Of a DNA stretch of 64,000 nt, positions 58,701 to 64,000 are shown piece by piece; the first letter of the stretch is position 1; the number at the start of each line of letters is the position of its first letter. Source of the stretch: Eledone cirrhosa. Lineage: Eukaryota. The notes under the pieces were generated by a model. It was given only the letters and a program-made list of their open reading frames with translations, made no database searches and had not been told where the DNA came from. Position numbers and translations under genes: made by a program. The stretch lies in contig OZ024745.1 of assembly GCA_964016885.1 (NCBI GenBank), positions 7,192,001-7,256,000 of the forward strand. Reading direction: 5' to 3'.

Positions 58701-61700
58701 GATAGCAGCACTTGGTAATAGGCAGTCACTCTCCCCCCATTGATAGCAGCACTTGGTAATAGGAAGTCACTCCCCCCCATTGATAGCAGCACTTGGTAAT
58801 AGGCAGTCACTCCCCCCCATTGATAGCAGCACTTGGTAATAGGCAGTCACTCCCCCCCATTGATAGCAGCACTTGGTAATAGGCAGTCACTCCCCCCCAT
58901 TGATAGCAGCACTTGGTAATAGGCAGTCACTCACCCCCATTGATAGCAGCACTTGGTAATAGGTAGTCACTCTCCCCCCATTGATATCAGCACTTGGTAA
59001 TAAGCAGTCACTCCCCCCCCATTGACAACAGCACTTGGTAATAGGAAGTCACTCCCCCCCATTGATAGCAGCACTTGGTAATAGGCAGTCACTCCCCCCC
59101 ATTGATAGCAGCACTTGGTAATAGGCAGTCACTCCCCCCCCCCCCATCGATAGCAGCACTTGGTAATAGGTAGTCACTCTCCCCCATTGATAGCAGCACT
59201 TGGTAATAGGCAGTCACTCCCCCATTGATAGAAGCACTTGGTAATAGGCAGTCACTCCCCCCATTGATAGCAGCACTTGGTAATAGGAAGTGACACCCCC
59301 CCATTGATAGCAAAACTTGGTAATAGGCAGTCACTCTCCCCACATTGATAGCAGCACTTGGTAATAGGCAGTCACTCTCCCCACATTGATAGCAGCACTT
59401 GGTAATAGGCAGTCACTCCCCCCCCATTGATAGCAGCACTTGGTAATAGGTTGTCCTTCTCCCCCCATTGATAGCAGCACTTGGTAATAGGCAGTCACTC
59501 CCCCCCATTGATAGCAGCACTTGGTAATAGGCAGTCACTCCCCCTCCCTACCATTGATAGCAGCACTTGGTAATAGGCAGTCACTCCCCCCATTGATAGC
59601 AGCACTTGGTAATAGGAAGTAACCCCCCCCCGCATTGATAGCAGCACTTGGTAATAGGCAGTCACTCCCCCCCATTGATAGAAGCACTTGGTAATAGGCA
59701 GTCACTCCCCCCATTGATAGCAGCACTTGGTAATAGGCAGTCACTCTCCCCCCATTGATAGCAGCACTTGGTAATAGGAAGTCACTCCCCCCCCATTGAT
59801 AGCAGCACTTGGTAATAGGCAGTCACTCCCCCCATTGATAGCAGCACTTGGTAATAGGCAGTCACTCCCCCCATTGATAGCAGTACTTGGTAATAGGTAG
59901 TCACTCTCCCCCCATTGATATCAGCACTTGGTAATAGGCAGTCACTCCCCCCCCATTGACAGCAGCACTTGGTAATAGGCAGTCACTCCCCCCCATTGAT
60001 AGCAGCACTTGGTAATAGGCAGTTACTCTCCCCCCATTGATAGCAGCACTTGGTAATAGGTAGTCACTCTCCCCCCATTGATAGCAGCACTTGGTAATAG
60101 GCAGTCACTCCCCCCATTGATAGCAGCACTTGGTAATAGGCAGTCATTCCCCCCCATTGATAGCAGCACTGGGTAACAGGAAGTCACTCCCCCCCATTGA
60201 TAGCAGCACTTGGTAATAGGTAGTCACTCTCCCCCATTGATAGCAGCACTTGGTAATAGGCAGTCACCCCCCCCCCCCCCCATTAATAGCAGCACTTGGT
60301 AATAGGTAGTCACTCTCCCCCCATTGATATCAGCACTTGGTAATAGGAAGTGACACCCCCCCATTGATAGCAAAACTTGGTAATAGGCAGTCACTCTCCC
60401 CACATTGATAGCAGCACTTGGTAATAGGCAGTCACTCTCCCCACATTGATAGGAGCACTTGGTAATAGGCAGTCACCCCCCCCCCATTGATAGCAGCACT
60501 TGGTAATAGGTTGTCACTCTCCCCCCATTGATAGCAGCACTTGGTAATAGGCAGTCACTCCCCCCCATTGATAGCAGCACTTGGTAATAGGCAGTCACTC
60601 CCCCCCCCCATTGATAGCAGCACTTGGTAATAGGTAGTCACTCTCCCCCCATTGATAGCAGCACTTGGTAATAGGCAGTCACTCCCCCCATTGATAGAAG
60701 CACTTGGTAATAGGCAGTCACTCCCCCCATTGATAGCAGCACTTGGTAATAAGCAGTCACTCCCCCCCATTGACAACAGCACTTGGTAATAGGAAGTCAC
60801 TCCCCCCCATTGATAGCAGCACTTGGTAATAGGCAGTCACTCCCCCCATTGATAGCAGCACTTGGTAATAGGCAGTCACTCCCCCCCCATTGATAGCAGC
60901 ACTTGGTAATAGGTAGTCACTCTCCCCCCATTGATAGCAGCACTTGGTAACAGGCAGTCACCCCCCCCATTAATAGCAGCACTTGGTAATAGGTAGTCAC
61001 TCTCCCCCCATTGATATCAGCACTTGGTAATAGGAAGTGACACCCCCCCATTGATAGCAAAACTTGGTAATAGGCAGTCACTCTCCCCACATTGATAGCA
61101 GCACTTGGTAATAGGCAGTCACTCCCCCCATTGATAGCAGCACTTGGTAATAAGCAGTCACCCCCCCCCATTGACAACAGCACTTGGTAATAGGAAGTCA
61201 CTCCCCCCCCCATTGATAGCAGCACTTGGTAATAGGCAGTCACTCCCCCCCATTGATAGCAGCACTTGGTAATAGGCAGTCACTCCCCCCCCATTGATAG
61301 CAGCACTTGGTAATAGGTAGTCACTCTCCCCCCATTGATAGCAGCACTTGGTAATAGGCAGTCACTCCCCCCATTGATAGAAGCACTTGGTAATAGGCAG
61401 TCACTCCCCCCATTGATAGCAGCACTTGGTAATAGGAAGTGACACCCCCCCATTGATAGCAAAACTTGGTAATAGGCAGTCACTCTCCCCACATTGATAG
61501 CAGCACTTGGTAATAGGCAGTCACTCTCCCCACATTGATAGGAGCACTTGGTAATAGGCAGTCACCCCCCCCCCCCCATTGATAGCAGCACTTGGTAATA
61601 GGTTGTCACTCTCCCCCCATTGATAGCAGCACTTGGTAATAGGCAGTCACTCCCCCCCATTGATAGCAGCACTTGGTAATAGGCAGTCACTCCCCCTCCC

Positions 61701-64000
61701 TACCATTGATAGCAGCACTTGGTAATAGGCAGTCACTCCCCCCATTGATAGCAGCACTTGGTAATAGGAAGTAACTCCCCCCCCCCGCATTGATAGCAGC
61801 ACTTGGTAATAGGCAGTCACTCCCCCCCCATTGATAGAAGCACTTGGTAATAGGCAGTCACTCCCCCCATTGATAGCAGCACTTGGTAGTAGGCAGTCAC
61901 TCTCCCCCCATTGATAGCAGCACTTGGTAATAGGCAGTCACTCCCCCCATTGATAGCAGCACTTGGTAATAGGCAGTTACTCTCCCCCCATTGATAGCAG
62001 CACTTGGTAATAGGAAGTCACTCCCCCCACTGATAGCAGCACTTGGTAATAGGCAGTCACTCCCCCCCCATTGATAGCAGCACTTGGTAATAGGCAGTCA
62101 CTCCCCCCCATTGATAGCAGCACTTGGTAATAGGCAGTCACTCTCCCCCCATTGATAGCAGCACATGGTAATAGGCAATCACTCCCCCCCATTGATAGCA
62201 GCACTTGGTAATAGGCAGTCACTCCCCCCCATTGATAGCAGCACTTGGTAATAGGCAGTCACTCCCCCCCATTAATAGCAGCACTTGGTAATAGGCAGTT
62301 ACTCTCCCCCATTGATAGCAGCACTTGGTAATAGGCAGTCACTCCCCCCCATTGATAGCAGCACTTGGTAATAGGCAGTCACTCACCCCCATTGATAGCA
62401 GCACTTGGTAATAGGCAGTCACTCCCCCATTGATAGCAGCACTTGGTAATAGGCAGTCATTCCCCTCCCTCCCATTGATAGCAAAACTTGGTAATAGGCA
62501 GTCACCCCACCCCCATTGATAGCAGCACTTGGTAATAGGCAGTCACTCCCCCTACCTCCCATTGATAGCAGCACTTGGTAATAGGCAGTCACTCCCCCCA
62601 TTGATAGCAGCACTTGGTAATAGGAAGTCACTCCCCCCCGCATTGATAGCAGCACTTGGTAATAGGCAGTCACTCCCCCCATTGATAGCAAAACTTGGTA
62701 ATAGGCAGTCACTCCCCCCCATTGATAGCAGCACTTGGTAATAGGCAGTCACTCCCCCTCCCTCCCATTGATAGCAAAACTTGGTAATAGGCAGTCACTC
62801 CCCGCATTGATGGCAGCACTTGGTAATAGGAAGTCACTCTCCCCCATTGATAGCAGCACTTGGGAATAGGCAGTCACTCTCCCCCCATTGATAGCAGCAC
62901 TTGGTAATAGGCAGTCACTCCCCCCATTGATAGCAGCACTTGGTAATAGGCAGTCACTCCCCCCCATTGATAACAGCACTTGGTAATAGGTAGTCACTCT
63001 CGCCCCATTGATAGCAGCACTTGCTAATAGGCAGTCACTCCCCCCATTGATAGCAGCACTTGGTTATAGGCAGTCACTCCCCCCCCATTGATAGCAGCAC
63101 TTGGTAATAGGCAGTCACTCCCCCACATTGATAGCAGCACTTGGTAATTTGGCAATCACTCCCCCACATTGATAGCAGCACTTGGTAATAGGCAGTCACT
63201 CTCCCCCCATTGATAGCAGCACTTGGTAATAGGCAGTCACTCCCCCCCCATTGATAGCAGCACTTGGTAATAGGCAATAACTCCCCCCCCCCCATTGATA
63301 GCAGCACTTGGTAATAGGAAGTCACTCTCCCCATTGATAGCAGCACTTGGTAATAGGCAGTCACTCCCCCCATTGATAGCAGCACTTGGTAATAGGCAGT
63401 TACTCCCCCCGATTGATAGCAGCACTTGGTAATAGGCAGTCACTCCCTCCCCCATTGATAGCAGCACTTGGTAATAGGCAGTCACTCTCCCCCCATTGAC
63501 AACAGCACTTGGTAATAGGTAGTCACTCTCCCCCCATTGATAGCAGCACTTGGTAATAGGTAGTCACTCTCCCCCCATTGATAGCAGCACTTGGTAATAG
63601 GAAGTCACTCCCCCCATTGATAGCAGCACTTGGTAATAGGCAGTCACTCCCCCCCCATTGATAGCAGCACTTGGTAATAGGTAATCACTCCCCCCCCATT
63701 GATAGCAGCACTTGGTAATAGGTAGTCACTCTCCCCCCATTGATAGCAGCACTTGGTAATAGGCAGTGACTCCCCCCATTGATAGCAGCACTTGGTAATA
63801 GGCAGTGACTCCCCCCATTGATAGCAGCACTTGGTAATAGGCAGTCACTCCCCCCATTGATAGCAGCACTTGGTAATAGGCAGTCACTCCCCCCCATTGA
63901 TAGCAGCACTTGGTAATAGGCAGTCACTCCCCCCCATTGTTAGCAGCACTTGGTAATAGGCAGTGACCCCCCCCCCCCCTCATTGATAGCAGCACTTGGT
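55750..64000. repeat. ~40-bp satellite array (>8 kb, runs off the window) with higher-order repeats
   Basis: ATTGATAGCAGCACTTGGTAATAGGCAGTCACT plus a variable poly-C tract, roughly 200 units. Confidence 0.97.

Noticed and set aside
55750-64000. CRISPR-like appearance (constant repeat plus variable part) and many short ORFs
   Set aside because: The variable part is only a poly-C tract, there are no unique spacers or cas genes, and the context is eukaryotic. The ORFs are translations of the satellite.

Overview
Repeat-dominated, AT-rich eukaryotic DNA with no confidently identifiable host gene. The SINE families, (TA)n/(CA)n density and LINE types resemble those of octopod cephalopods; this is an inference from recalled repeat consensuses, not a database match. 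The window holds a near-full-length CR1-type LINE (PHD-finger ORF1, frameshifted EN-RT ORF2) and four copies of one RTE-clade LINE family, two of them near full length and inverted, with a PHD-like finger just after the RT core. It also holds a CRE-type LINE fragment, several Penelope-like element (PLE) remnants with GIY-YIG endonuclease sequence, tRNA-derived SINEs (two with clear TSDs), Helitron 3' ends, several minisatellites and a >8 kb ~40-bp satellite with higher-order structure. The most notable hidden layer is about 14 hammerhead-ribozyme (HHR) motifs read by eye. They fall into several sequence families, most have a minimal, (near-)palindromic helix III, and they sit in PLE pseudo-LTR remnants next to (TA)n tracts. 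They are repeatedly arranged as divergent (head-to-head) pairs, one of which is flanked by a 13-bp target-site duplication. All coordinates and alignments were read manually and may be off by a few bases.
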